64,000 nucleotides of DNA from Saccostrea cucullata (taxonomy: Eukaryota): the NCBI RefSeq assembly GCF_032062105.1, contig NW_026919765.1, positions 62,001 to 126,000 of the forward strand, given 5' to 3'. The notes under the pieces are model-generated. The model saw nothing but the letters and a program-made list of their open reading frames with translations. It was not told the DNA's origin and did no database searches. Below, piece by piece: positions 50,366-62,692 of this stretch. The translations under genes and the position numbers were made by a program. Each line of letters opens with the position of its first letter. Within the stretch, counting starts at the first letter, position 1.

Positions 50366-53300
50366 CACAGGAAAAATGTCCACATGTGTTAAACATATGT
50401 TTGGTTTCACATGTGTTCAACACATGTTTTATACATGTACTACATGAGTGTAAATAAACACATGTAAAATATGTGTTTCATTTATATGTAAAACATATAT
50501 AATATACACATGTTATACACCTGTGAGATAATATATATGTTAAACACATGTTTTTCACCACACATGAATAACACGTATTATATATATGTAATATATGTGT
50601 GCGAAAATACAGATGAATTATACATGTTTAATTTATATAAAATATATGTGTATTCATATACACATGTTATACACATGTTAAGTTTTATCTCATATGTGTG
50701 TGTACATTAATTCAAAAGAATTTGTAAATGTTAGTAAAATTTTACTCATGTAAAGTTTTACTTTGTTTATCCCCCCCCCCCCCCCCCCTTTCCCTTCTAA
50801 AAAAAAAAAAACTTTCACAATTTTTTTTCTGTAATAATGCATTTATCAGACAAAATTGATAAAGAATGAATTCATTTTCTTTTCATTTTAAATCTTTTGG
50901 GCTTGGCTTACTTCTTGAGTAAAATTAAAATAATTCCGTATTTGTCTTCGGGCCGGTTTTGTCTTTTATCGGATGAAAATGTACGTCATTTTTGACGTCA
51001 CTGCTGCAGCAGACGTGCTGGATGTATTGGAAAGGTAAGTGATCTCGAAACAATTTTTAAAAGACTTTTAATTCATATTGTTTAAATATCATTTCATTAT
51101 AGTTACAGGTGCGTATGAACCTTCTATATACATGTAATACTCTTATCATTGTGACTTGTCATGCATTTTGCAAACCTAACGATAGTGATCTGTAGAATTT
51201 TGGTGAAAATGTTTCTGACTGAATGTAAGCACGGGCACTGGAAGTTAATGTAAATATATTGTATGTGTATGTATAAAAAAGACCCTTCTTTTTTTTATAC
51301 ATACACATACTATATTATTTATATTAACTTCCAGTGCCCGTGAATGTAAGCGGTTACATGTTAGGCTAAAGGCATTACTATTTTTTATAATTTGTATACA
51401 AGTAAGTAATTTTGGATAAATTTGTTTCTGAATGAACGTAAACATTACATGTTAGGCTATTTTTTAAAGGCATTATTGGTTTTCCTTTTGTTACGTACTG
51501 ATATGAAAGTGAAAGTAGAAACCTTGAAACCATTGCGACTGTCAGTTGGTGTTTATGTATGTTGAGATTGCTGTCAAGTCGATTCTTTCATCAACTTAAT
51601 AACAAGTGTTTGTTTTTATGGCCTATAGATGCATGCAGTAACCTGAGTTCAGTGTCACAGTGCTGCGTCTAAAAAGCCCAAAGCTGATAAGACTGGCGAT
51701 TGATCCTAAAGCTGATTTGACAGAAGATTGCATCTTCACATATATTAAAGGTAAAAATAAATACTACTTGCAATAAAAAATCAAAGTAAACATCTGTAAT
51801 GACCCCTTCATGACAAAATATTTCTTGATACATTGTAATTTCTTTTTGTTCCTTTATAATTCTACATTATATTGTTTGCATGACTTCATAAATAATAAGT
51901 CCAACTCAATACTACAATAATTTTATTCTATATTATAAAACAGTTTTAATGCAGTGCACTTTTAAAATATGGAAAGTATGAATAGAATTTGTTGGCTTTA
52001 AAAGCTATGAAACTGGTACATGTACTGTAAATGACTTCAGGGGGGAGGGGGGGGGGGGGTATTGAATTTTTGAATTTCAGTTAAAAATTAATAATAACAG
52101 TGACATCCAACTTTCAAGGTACAAGTACATGTGCATATGTGTTGATTGTTGAAAGTACATCAGCTAGCTAATCCATTAGATACTTACATCTATTATGTAC
52201 CGGTATTCATTACCTGACATTTATTATTTTTTTCCAACACTAGAGAACATAGTTTCTGGTAAAATGTAATATATTAATTAAGACTATTAAGAACCTACAA
52301 ACATGTACTCTCTCTTTTTTATATTTGTAGTTTTGTAGTTTAATTAAGTTAATTAAGTTATGCTTAGAAGATATCTACTGCATGAATATTTGTTTTACAG
52401 GTTCAATATACAGTCAGCGTCTCATAAGAATAAATCCCAAGATCCAAGACTTGCTTAAAAGCTTAATTAAGGTAACTATATATATACACACTGTTAAATA
52501 AACTTTGTTATATTCTTTCCAACAACGTTTGGGATATCCTGGAATCACACTGTCTGTTTTTCTGCCTGTCTACTTCTCTGTAGTATTTTTGGTCCAAATA
52601 TAAAATAATTGTGTCAGAATCTTCTTAATTTTTGGCAATATGAATTAGTAATACTGTTTGAACATTCCAAATTTAATTGTCAAAATCAAAAAAAAAAATG
52701 CTTTTTATGACTTTATTATGAAGCATATCTTCCAACAGTGTAATTGTCTTGCAAATTACATCATAGGATTCCACAAAACACCTAGTATAGCATATATAAC
52801 ATTAGTTTTATCTCTTATCATATCTCTGTTGGTGAATTAGGCATACATTTGTTTGCTGAACTTTAATATTACTTGTAGAATTGATTTTGTAATTTAAGAA
52901 TTGTTTTATTTTTACTTTTGAAATTTTTGTAGAGACCATTCTGTGCCACAAAGAAATTGTTCAGGAAAGGGAGAAATGGTGGATTTGCATTTTGGGTACA
53001 GTTCAAAGAGAGTTCAAAATGGTCAAGCTCGTGGAAGATCAGAGGGAGGACAACTGAAGAAAACTGAAAGATACAGAAGGAAAAAGAACAAGAAAATATA
53101 TGAAATAATTATGAAATTGGGAGGATGTACACAATTTTGTCTGCATTTGACCTGTAAAGATTTAATTCCCATTCTTATTTGTATGCTGTAATATCAAATA
53201 ACTTGATTTTTCATAAATTTACAATAGAGAATACATGACAAATGTTATATGTGATATTTCAATTTTGCTTTGGACACTTTCATGTCAAATCATATAAATT

Positions 53301-54027
53301 ATAAAAAAGAACATGGACTAATTATGTTATTCATTTGTACATGTATGCATGTTTAACTATTTAATCATTTTGTGGAAATCTTATAATTGTACTCAACTTA
53401 GAATATGTAAAATATATGTATCGACAAATGCTACTGACTTGTTTGTATACTTTCCTGTTTAGAAAGTACATTGAAAAATAAGTTATTTCTCTTGATGAAA
53501 ATAATTTATCAAAAAAGTTGTGTAAGCATTTTAAGATATTAATTTTCAAATATTTAACCCATGAAGATAGATCATTCGAATGGAATGGATTTTCATCTAA
53601 AGCAGAAATATCTGAATTTTAAATGTGTACAAGAATGTGTTTTTCCTTGTGATAAATATTGAAAGAGAACACATGTAACTATTTCATATGACTTACATAT
53701 GCTGCCCTTTTCATATGATTCACATATGTGGACAAACATGAAAAAAGTATAAAAATGATAATAAGTACAACAGTAATATTATACACGTATAATTCACATA
53801 TAAAGTATAACATATATAAAACACATGTTTAACACATGTTTCATATGTATAAATATACAATGTGTTTATTTTTACACATGTTAAACACATGTGAAACATA
53901 TGTTTAACATGTGTAAAAATAAACACCCTATACATGTGTGCTCCTTTTATGTGTTTTACATGTGTAAAAAATATATGTTAAACACATGTTTAACATATAT
54001 TCAACACATGTGGACATTTTTCCTGTG
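50366..54027. mobile_element. 3.7-kb CACTA/EnSpm-like non-autonomous element
   Basis: 25-bp perfect TIR cacaggaaaaatgtccacatgtgtt, TA duplication, ~330-bp subterminal zones rich in acacatgt(tt/ta)aac repeats at both ends. Confidence 0.85.
50973..53067 (+). pseudogene. Four-exon orphan cargo gene (~129 codons, one internal TAA) inside the CACTA-like element; exons 50973-51034, 51629-51750, 52401-52471, 52933-53067
   Basis: Donors AAG|GTAAGT, AAG|GTAAAA, AAG|GTAACT and acceptors tatAG|, ttacAG|, ttgtAG| join ATG to TGA in one frame, with a single stop at 51639-51641. Confidence 0.6.
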
Positions 54028-54435
54028 TAGATTTTGAGCTGCTTCGCTATCTGACTTTTGCATTTTTTAAATCTGGATGTTTCGAATAAAACATGATATT
54101 TAAAAAAAAATTACAAATCATTTGGAATTATTCTTCAAATATTTCTACCATTTGGATAACATGTGATGTCAAAAAAAATATTAAAGAGGTCCACGAACTT
54201 TTCGAACAATTCTTTTAAGCATTAATACAACTGTAATGGTCCATGTAAATTATTTTTGCTCCTTCTCTATAGGTACATTGTTTAGAATATTAAACCCGGA
54301 CATGTTTTAATGCGGCAACAATGAAGTAAATCAGAAAATGTAGAACTTAAAGAGGTCAAATTTAAAGTGTTACTAGAGAATTAAGACAGCCCAGGGTTAC
54401 ATGTAATATCTACGTTATCAAAATAGGGAAGTTAA

Positions 54436-55510
54436 TCTATTATAGTGATATATTTCTATCGAATCAAAGAAAGAGGAGAGCGTTATTTCATCCCGCTACT
54501 CGCACTTGTTGACCTCGTGGGAAGCCTCACTATTGCTCCGTTCTACGTGATAGGAAATCTATTTTTACGTGTATCCGAATGACATCGTGTGTCGAATATT
54601 ATCCTTCTTCCAGTTCCTTGTCACAGGAATTTCATCACACGTCCTGTTGCTGATATCTATTCAGAGGTACCTCTTAGTGTGTAGACCATTTGGACCGAGA
54701 ATGACACACTTCTGGAAAAGAGTTTCCTTTGCACTGGCGTGTATCTTCAGTTTCGCATATTCTGTTCAAGTTCTGAAAACAATGGATGACATCTACATGA
54801 ACCAAACAATTTCAACTAGGGTCTGCAAATTTTCCGTGGCAAATTCAACCGGAGTTGTAGCTTATTTTGGACTGTTAGTTTTAATTTCAGTGTTGAATAT
54901 TGTTATGACTGCAAGTTTTTACTTCCCTGTTCTGCGACAACTAAGACTGTCAAAGAATATTATTTTCTCTACATGCACTCCTTTAGACAAAAAACAATGT
55001 AACCAATACTACTCATTCTCTGGCTCCTCAGTTTCAAACTCTGCTGGTGAAGAAACCTTAATGAACCTAGTAATCCCACAACAGAACATCACAGTGAAAA
55101 ATCAATCCCTACGGACCTACACAGTGCCAGAAACTAAAAATGTCTCTATTTCTCAGGATAATTCTAGTCAGACTAAATCAAAGGAAACTCGAGCTGAAAT
55201 CCCAAACAATGTGATAACCATGGATATTCGCTTTTGCCCACAAAATGTAAGATTACAGAGGAGAATAAGTCTCATGTTTCTGGTTGTTATCGTAACATAT
55301 ATCATGTCCTACATTCCTCCCCTTATTCTTCTTTTACTCACGTACACTATAAGGGATTTCAACTACATCACTTTGTCAAAAGGAGAGACCTTGACCTGGA
55401 TTTATCTACCGCGCCTTCTGTTTATAAATCATGTTGTTAATCCGTTTATATACGGGTATTTTGATGCTAAATATAGAGAGCAGTTGAGAAATTGTTTTAA
55501 AAGACAATAA
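54436..55510 (+). pseudogene. Disrupted duplicate of GPCR-4
   Basis: Near-identical to 19978-21069, but a ~232-bp deletion removes the ATG and most of TM1; also a 2-nt frameshift at ~54560, a 15-nt deletion at ~54781 and a -10/+10 indel pair at ~55057/~55120. Flanks 54275-54435 and 55510-56395 match 19610-19745 and 21070-21810. Confidence 0.9.
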
Positions 55511-55798
55511 AAGTATGATTTTAGATCAGTTACCATTGTTCACAATAAAGAGGTGACTTAGGAACAAACATTATAAATTTATTATAATGAAAGGACTCAA
55601 TGAAAATAAATATTTTGAATGTTTTTTTTTGTTCTGTCCTCTATAATTTCTTTCTTTTTCTATTGTAATGGATATTTCTTATCTGGCAAATGCAAAACAA
55701 AAGTGAATAAGAATTAACTGATGAATTGTTTGAAATGTCGGGATGGAATAAGACCTCTTTAGTTCCTATTTGTGGGTGTCTCCAGGTACGAAGATATA

Positions 55799-55989
55799 CT
55801 GTATACAGGGAAATTTTCGCCCCCGTTTTATTTTTGCCCCTTTCGCCCTATCTTCATTAGGGCGAATTTAAAACAGGGCGAACTTAAATAATACAGTATA
55901 ATATCTTAAACAAAACTAAGACTGGGTGAATTTAAAACGGGGCAAAATTGTTTGCAAGTATGAGAGGGCGAAAATAACATTGTATACAG
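55799..55989. mobile_element. Tc1/mariner-type MITE
   Basis: TA|ctgtatacagggaaattttcgccc ... gggcgaaaataacattgtatacag|TA; internal gggcgaa repeats. Confidence 0.8.
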
Positions 55990-56754
55990 TAGTCCTTTTC
56001 AAAAAATAATTTTAAGTGACACAATGAGCAAAGACCAAAAAGGTATTTAAAAAAAGAACAATCAACTTCCCAATTAACTCAAATACTAATCATTTACCCA
56101 TCATTTTGTATCAGGAAACACACGATGCTACCTTGCCTATCTACAAAATGAAATGTTTCTTGCACTGATCTCTTCCATTGATGCGCATCTCTTCTATAAA
56201 TATCTTAGAATTGAAAAGAAAAACTTGATGTCGGGGAGATATTTTGGAGAACCACTGCACAGATATTGTTTTGTAAAAGCATACATCAAATGTTTTTTTT
56301 CTTTTACTTCACCTGGCATAAACTTTATCTTAAGAGTGCTACTGGATTAAAAGTGTATAGTAAAACTTGTTTCTGGGTCAGAGGTCAAGATCATAGCTTT
56401 TTAAAAAGTCTTTTTGATGGAATTTGTACTTGAATAATTTTATTGTTGTTTTGGATTAATACAAAGGTATAATTGTACAACAGCTAACCTTTGAATATTG
56501 AATCTATTTTACTTTGTACAACGTTTTAGTAGTAGATTATAATCAATTATTTCCTGTGTAGAATTATTAATATATTTTTCTCTTATTTGTCATTCTGTTA
56601 TATTTTTTCAGTGATGTTTGATTTGTATAATCTATCGTGTAAAAGTCTTCCATTGAACATATCTCCTCTAGATATATTAAACAAGGAAATACAGTACAGA
56701 CTTTAATGTCTCTTCTGTACTATATATAAAGCTAAATGGAATAGTATGTTCAAT

Positions 56755-57100
56755 GATTGATTGAATGATTCATCGACTGTATTTAGTTTTTTGTTTGAGG
56801 TCCAATTCTAGAATTTTTCTCTAATATAGTGACTTCACCATTTACCGCTAAAAAGTTTCAAATTTTGACATTTACTCTGCTTTGAAGCCCATTGAAGAGT
56901 GATGGTCTTTATCGTGCTAAGGCATGTCGAGACACGGGTCTTCGGTTTTTAAGGGTTTTTTTTCTGAAGGACACGCAACTTACAATTCAGAGTGCCAAGA
57001 TTTTTGCGAGGAAACATATGCCACCCTATTCATTTTATCACCTTAGGTCAGTCGCGGCAGGGATTGAATTCACGACTTTCCATGTTGCTTTCAATGAGGT
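56755..57100 (-). mobile_element. Decayed tRNA-derived SINE
   Basis: (tgat)n tail, gacacgggtcttcggtttt core complement, gggattgaattcacgac B-box complement. Confidence 0.6.
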
Positions 57101-57959
57101 TGGGACTCTTTACATTAAACCCCCTCCTTCATATATTTTTAAGTTTATGAAGAGGAGGTTGTCAAACATGCTTGTAAAGCACTTTCTTTTTAATTTCAGA
57201 ATAAACCTTTAAAATTTTTTTTCTGAAAAAAACCTACATATATAATTATCTTACAAATATTGAGGGTGTTGTCAGGAAAGTTCGAGAAGACATATGGGGA
57301 AAACTTTAATTTTTACATAATTAATTTTGGAATTATAGGTCTGCGTTACGGATATTTTTTGTATGGATAAGGTGACTAAACACGGAATTTCAGATAATAC
57401 AATGACTCCGAGTCAAGGTCGTAAAACAACCTTTAGCCTAATTTAAAGATCAGATATAAAGCTAAACGGAGATTGTTTTGATAGGTTTTTTTGGAAACAA
57501 CTAGAAATCCATATATCATTGCATGTGTGACTTTATAGGAAAACATAATAGTAATTAGCTTATCAGAAACGTATTTCATTCCTTTGTCTTCCTCTTGCCC
57601 ATTCTACATAAAGCCTTGCCTAATAATGTTTGTAAATACCCTGGGGCCAAGTTTGAGAATAGGTAGTGAAGTTCAATGCAATTAAAAAAAAATGATCGTT
57701 GTCTGTGATGAATTATATTTTTGCCCTTCGAGAATATTTTCTTACTATTCTCCAACGAGTACGTTGGACCAATGACGAGAATCGTTTGAAATTAAACCAT
57801 ATTTTTGTAACTTCATGGATGGGTAATTATATATGTCTATGAATTTTTAAACTGGCCTCAATATTGTTGGTAAACATTAGACGCCGGGTAAAGTGATCCC
57901 TAAGTGCCGCGCTGCTCCGAAGGCCACAAAAAAATAAATAAATGAAAAACAAATGTTAA

Positions 57960-58171
57960 CCACTCCTTCAGGATCCACCACTTGTGCCTCTGTAGAAAGA
58001 CGGAATCACATGATTCGGCATAACCTGTTGTGAACCCCTTGCAGCAAACGGGGAAGATCTAGATCAGTTAATGAGATGAATCATGAATTAACGAGACGGA
58101 GTCAACTCGAGGGTTTTGGCGAAATCCTGCACTTGACACCTCACACGTAGTTTGGGCCATTGACAGTAAGT
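57960..58171 (+). promoter_or_regulatory. Possible promoter / non-coding first exon of the serpin
   Basis: Locally GC/CpG-richer stretch ending in ACA|GTAAGT (58166); an acceptor ttatttcAG| lies at 60564, 33 nt before the serpin ATG. Confidence 0.4.
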
Positions 58172-58389
58172 AAAACACAACAAAATGATTTTTATATTTA
58201 TTTATTTTATTATAAGATTATGGTTTGAGGAAAACAGACTTTTCTGCCTATCAATAACTCAGAATTATGGCGAAGTGTAACTGTCATATTATTGAATGAA
58301 ACATCTTAACTTTGATGGGTTAACTTAGTACATATTTCTTATTAGGGTCATGGTTATTTTCGGCGATTTTAGGTTGAACATATTTATTA

Positions 58390-60105
58390 CTTTTTGTCCC
58401 CCACTTTCGCGAAAGCGAGGGGGCATTAAATCTCTTTCGTCTGTTCGTCTGTCTGGCTGTCCGTCAGTCACAAAAACTTTAACCTTGCCCATAACTTTTG
58501 ATTTAGTGGAACTATGACTTTCATATTTCATATGTGTATTCCTTCTGACAAGACCTTTCTTTGAGAACATCAAATTTTCTTAACCTTTTTTGACCAACTT
58601 TTACACAAAAATTCCAAACTTTTACTTTGGCCATAACTTTTGAATGGAAGGTACTAGGACTTTCATATTTCACATATGTATTTTCTGTGGCATGACCTTT
58701 CTTTTCATACAAACAACTTTAACCTTTTGATCTTGACCTTGGAGACTTACGTACTTATGAAAAAACTATAACATTGACCATAATTTTTGAACGGTAAGGG
58801 CTAGGGCTTTCGTACTTCATATATTTTATTCTTGTGAGACGACTTTCATTGGATACCAAGAACTTTGACCCTTTGATCTTGACCTTGGATTCTTAACTAT
58901 TTTTTAAAAACTTTAACCTTGGTCACAACTTTTGAACGGTAGATACTAGGACTTTCATTTTTAACATATGTATTGTTTGTGACAAGACCTTTCATTAGAT
59001 ACCAACAACTTTGACTTTTTGACCTTGATTTTGGAGTGATACTTTTATGAAAAAACTTTAACCATGAAAAACTAATTAACTGTAAGGGTTTCGTACTTAC
59101 ATATGTAATCCTTGTGACAAGACCTTTTACTGCAAAAAATAATTTTTTGACCTTTGACATTGACAAAACCTTAAGTTTTAACTACTTTTTAAAACCTTTA
59201 ACCTAACTGTCACAGTTTTTTGAACGGTAAAGATATGCCTAGGACTTTTTCATATTTCAAATAGGGTTTTCTTTGTGGCAAGACCTTTCATGGGATACCA
59301 ATAACTTTGACCTTTTGACCTTGAAGATTTACTTACTTGGGAAAAAACTTTAAAATGACCATTAAATTTTGAACGGTCTTAAGGACTAAAATTATTTTAA
59401 TCTTCACATATGTAATCCTTGTGAAATAACAATTTCATTTAATCTTACCAAAAACTTTAACCCTTTGACTTTCACTTTGGAGTTTTAACTACTTAAAAAA
59501 AACTTTAACCTTTACATACTTTTTGAACGCGTAGGGTTAGCGTTTCCATCCTTCATATATGTATTACTCGTGACAAGACCTTTCTTAAGAATTCAACAAC
59601 TCAGATCCTTTCAATTCGGAGTTTGACCTACCTTTCAAAAATTTATCCTCAACTATAACTTTTGAACAGGTGGTGATAGGGATTTTTATTTCACAGTCGT
59701 ATTTCTTCTGAGAAAACCCCTAATTTGGGTAATAATAGATTTAATTTGCATTTAAGAATATCTTAATCTTCGTTATGTTGCCATTCGAGGTCATCAGTAT
59801 TTCACAAACATATCTTGTTCCTTATATTGAGAAGAGATAGGGCTTTCATATATGACATGTGCATTACCTGTGACAAGTTAATTTCCAAGCACTTTTGAAA
59901 TAATTATTTCAATATATTGACCTTGACCTTCATGATTGACCTTATTTTTCAAAACAAAAATCAATTTCAATGATAATTTCTATTAAAATAAATGACATAA
60001 CTTAATGATAGGGTATTCATAATAAACACAATATGTCTTAAAAAAATATCTCACCCATAAAGACACCGAAAGCGGGGGACCGCAATTCTTTGAATTTGCT
60101 TGTTT
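58390..60105 (+). mobile_element. Helentron-type element with a diverged ~145-150-bp tandem array (~9 units)
   Basis: 5' ttttgtcccccactttcgcgaaagcgagggg hairpin, (gtct/gtcc)n, recurring aaaactttaaccttg..cataacttttgaacgg..tagg.ctttcat..tgtgacaagaccttt, 3' cgaaagcgggggac.gcaattctttgaatttgcttgtt. Confidence 0.8.
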
Positions 60106-60597
60106 TGTCAATATTTGATCCATCGGCCACATTCACTTTTAGTATAGACCATCCATTCCATAATGCCAGAATCAGATGTTAAATATTTCCGTTAAGCGTT
60201 GCATACACGTACGTCTTTGAATCAAATATTTTCATCTTACAATTTATTTCAGTGAAGGAACTAATAGAAATGAAATAATTTTCGTTATAATAAGATATAG
60301 TGCTTTAATTAGTATTTCAAAATCGTGATGAAAATTAGATGATGAAGTCGTCTATAAATTTATTGTTACTTATTATAATTTTTAATTTTTTTAACTGCCT
60401 TTCCTTTCATACAACATATATCCATTTTAAACTTATTTTAATTTAAATAAGTATTGATATCCATGTGTACTTATATATATATGGAAATACACATAACCTT
60501 TACAATTCAAATAAAAAACAAGGAAATTTCCGTGAGTTTTTAATAAATAATTTGATTATTTCAGACAGGACTTGAGATCAAAGGACACATCCCAACC

Positions 60598-61944
60598 ATG
60601 CTCAGAGATTCCTATCATCAACAATTTTCAGCATGTTTGGTATTTTTACTTGTCTACTTGGCTTCACATAAAGTAACGACAACTGATCCTGCCTTTCAAA
60701 ACTCCGACACTGCCGCAGCCTTCACAAAAGCAAACAAAGAATTTACGTTGAATCTCTTAAAGCAGTTACCAGCGGAATCCAATGTCTTCTACTCGCCCTT
60801 TAGTATTGCTACGGCCCTCGCAATGGTTCAGTTGGGAGCAGGAGCAGAAACACTTAAAGAAATGAATCAGGCTCTACATTTTGGCACACTGGGTAAAGAC
60901 ATTTACTCTGCATTTGGCACGTATTTAGAGTTTCTTTCGAATTCTACTGGAAACAACACACTTAATACAGCAAACAGAATCTACCAAAGCACGAGGTTTA
61001 CAGCAGAAGAAACATTTCTCCAAAGTTGTATCAAATATTTTAACGCCACGGTAGAATCAGTGGATTTTGCCCAGTCTGAAGTAGCAAGTGATAAAATTAA
61101 TTCCTGGGTTAGTCAGAAAACAGCAAACAAAATCCAAGATCTTATTCCAGCAAATGCACTAAGCATTCAAACCTTAATGGTTCTCGTAAATGCTATCTAC
61201 TTCAAAGGAATCTGGAACAGTAAGTTTGAAGTTAAGCACACGAAAGAAATGGAATTTCGAAATGGCAAAGTAAAGTTCATGACGGACATGATGTACCAGA
61301 AGGATTCTTTTAAGATTTGCCATGTTTCAGACTTGAACCTTGACATCCTAGAACTTCCCTACGAGGGCGAAACCATAAGTATGTTAATTCTTCTTCCTAC
61401 CTCTGTAGATGGTTTACCGGCTGTGGAGAAGAGTTTGACAGAGACTGTCCTTAGAAATGCAATGAGCACTCTAAGAAAACAAGAAGTTAAAGTGTACCTT
61501 CCAAAATTCAAAATGGAGTCTGCCTTTCAGTTGAAGTCTTACCTTTCTGCATTGGGTATGTCATCAGCATTTGACCAAAGAAGAGCGAATTTTTCAGGTA
61601 TATACAGAGATGAAGAGGTGTTCATCAGCGAGGTTTTCCATAAAGCATTTGTCGATGTCAACGAGGAAGGCACAGAGGCCGCTGCGGCCACGGGAGTCGT
61701 TATTACTTTGACATCAATCCGAATCCCTCTCGAGTTTCGAGCAGATCACCCGTTTCTGTTTTTCATTCGTGATACTGTAAATGACGTCATACTATTTGCC
61801 GGAAGATTTAATAATCCCGTCGGTGTTAAAGGGATTCGGAATTCAAATAGTGCGTGTAATTTATGCAAAATGTCAAATGGGATTACATGCGTGTTCGTAC
61901 TGCTGATATATGTTTTGAAGAGCATGCTTTTCAAATCAGAATGA
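60598..61944 (+). CDS. Inhibitory-type serpin, 448 aa, single coding exon, with a signal peptide and a hydrophobic C-terminal extension
   Basis: NVFYSPFSI, LVNAIYFKGIW, VYLPKFKME, hinge EEGTEAAAAT, signature FRADHPFLFFI, ILFAGRFNNP; N-terminal h-region ACLVFLLVYLA; aataaa at ~62136. Confidence 0.97.
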   Translation: MLRDSYHQQFSACLVFLLVYLASHKVTTTDPAFQNSDTAAAFTKANKEFTLNLLKQLPAESNVFYSPFSIATALAMVQLGAGAETLKEMNQALHFGTLGKDIYSAFGTYLEFLSNSTGNNTLNTANRIYQSTRFTAEETFLQSCIKYFNATVESVDFAQSEVASDKINSWVSQKTANKIQDLIPANALSIQTLMVLVNAIYFKGIWNSKFEVKHTKEMEFRNGKVKFMTDMMYQKDSFKICHVSDLNLDILELPYEGETISMLILLPTSVDGLPAVEKSLTETVLRNAMSTLRKQEVKVYLPKFKMESAFQLKSYLSALGMSSAFDQRRANFSGIYRDEEVFISEVFHKAFVDVNEEGTEAAAATGVVITLTSIRIPLEFRADHPFLFFIRDTVNDVILFAGRFNNPVGVKGIRNSNSACNLCKMSNGITCVFVLLIYVLKSMLFKSE

Positions 61945-62435
61945 AATCCAATTAAGGATTCTTAATATTTTGTTTACCGGAATGAAAAAGATGCTGATGC
62001 AGTAGTGGCAGCCTACAAAAGTGTCATAATAACAACCTTTATCACCTATGCCATGACTTTGATTTTGTCATTTTGTAATTGAACCTGTTATTTGTTCTTT
62101 GATATATCTGTATAAGCCAGCAGATTCCCTGTGAGAATAAAAGTATTACTTTTACTTTAGTTGTAACATTTTTTATATATCTTCAGCGTTTTTTTAAAAT
62201 ATCTAATAAATATGAAATAAATTTGATAAAGTATGTATTATTTATTTATGGAATAAAGATATTATTTCTATATAGATCGTGTTCTCATAATTCTAAAAGT
62301 GATTTTAATGAACACTCCTGTCCCGGTGTTGAAAATGATTAAAAGAAAATGGACCTTGTTATTGACAACGTGGTATATTTATTCCAAATTTTAAATTAAA
62401 GGTATTTTGTATTGTCATAAAAGCTCTGAAAACGG

Positions 62436-62692
62436 GGTTGCTGAATATTCAGGTATGCATACATAAGTTGCCGGCGGAGAGCTTCAAAAATTGTCCTCTA
62501 ATTGGTACTCGGGGCCTTTGAGGAGGGAGAGATCTTTTTATGCCAGCTCTTATTGCGACACGGGACCTCTGTTGATAGGTCTTATCCGAAGGACGGGTCT
62601 CCACATTCTGCAGTAAGATTAGAACCCATGTCGTTAGAATCAACTCGTTTGTGACTCTAGAAAAGCCTTTCTAAGCAATAAACCACGTGGTC
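62436..62692 (-). mobile_element. Decayed tRNA-derived SINE
   Basis: ttgcgacacgggacctctgtt..ggtcttatccgaaggac core complement; aatcaactc..gactctag head as in 42545. Confidence 0.65.

Larger units (their letters stand above)
49056..54215. mobile_element. Old mariner-like element split by the CACTA-like insertion
   Basis: TA|cgacggtagttcgaaaagtttgtgaac ... gtccacgaacttttcgaacaattcttt|TA; the inner ~19 bp of the TIRs match; no clean transposase frame. Confidence 0.45.

Noticed and set aside
54569-55510. 313-aa GPCR ORF as a functional short receptor
   Set aside because: It starts at a GTG just after a frameshift and lacks TM1-TM2; treated as a pseudogene.
3980-61944. GPCR + C1q + BTB + serpin as one co-regulated immune or sensing system
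   Set aside because: All four are large, rapidly duplicating families, so co-location in a repeat-rich region is expected by chance, and I see no shared regulatory motif.
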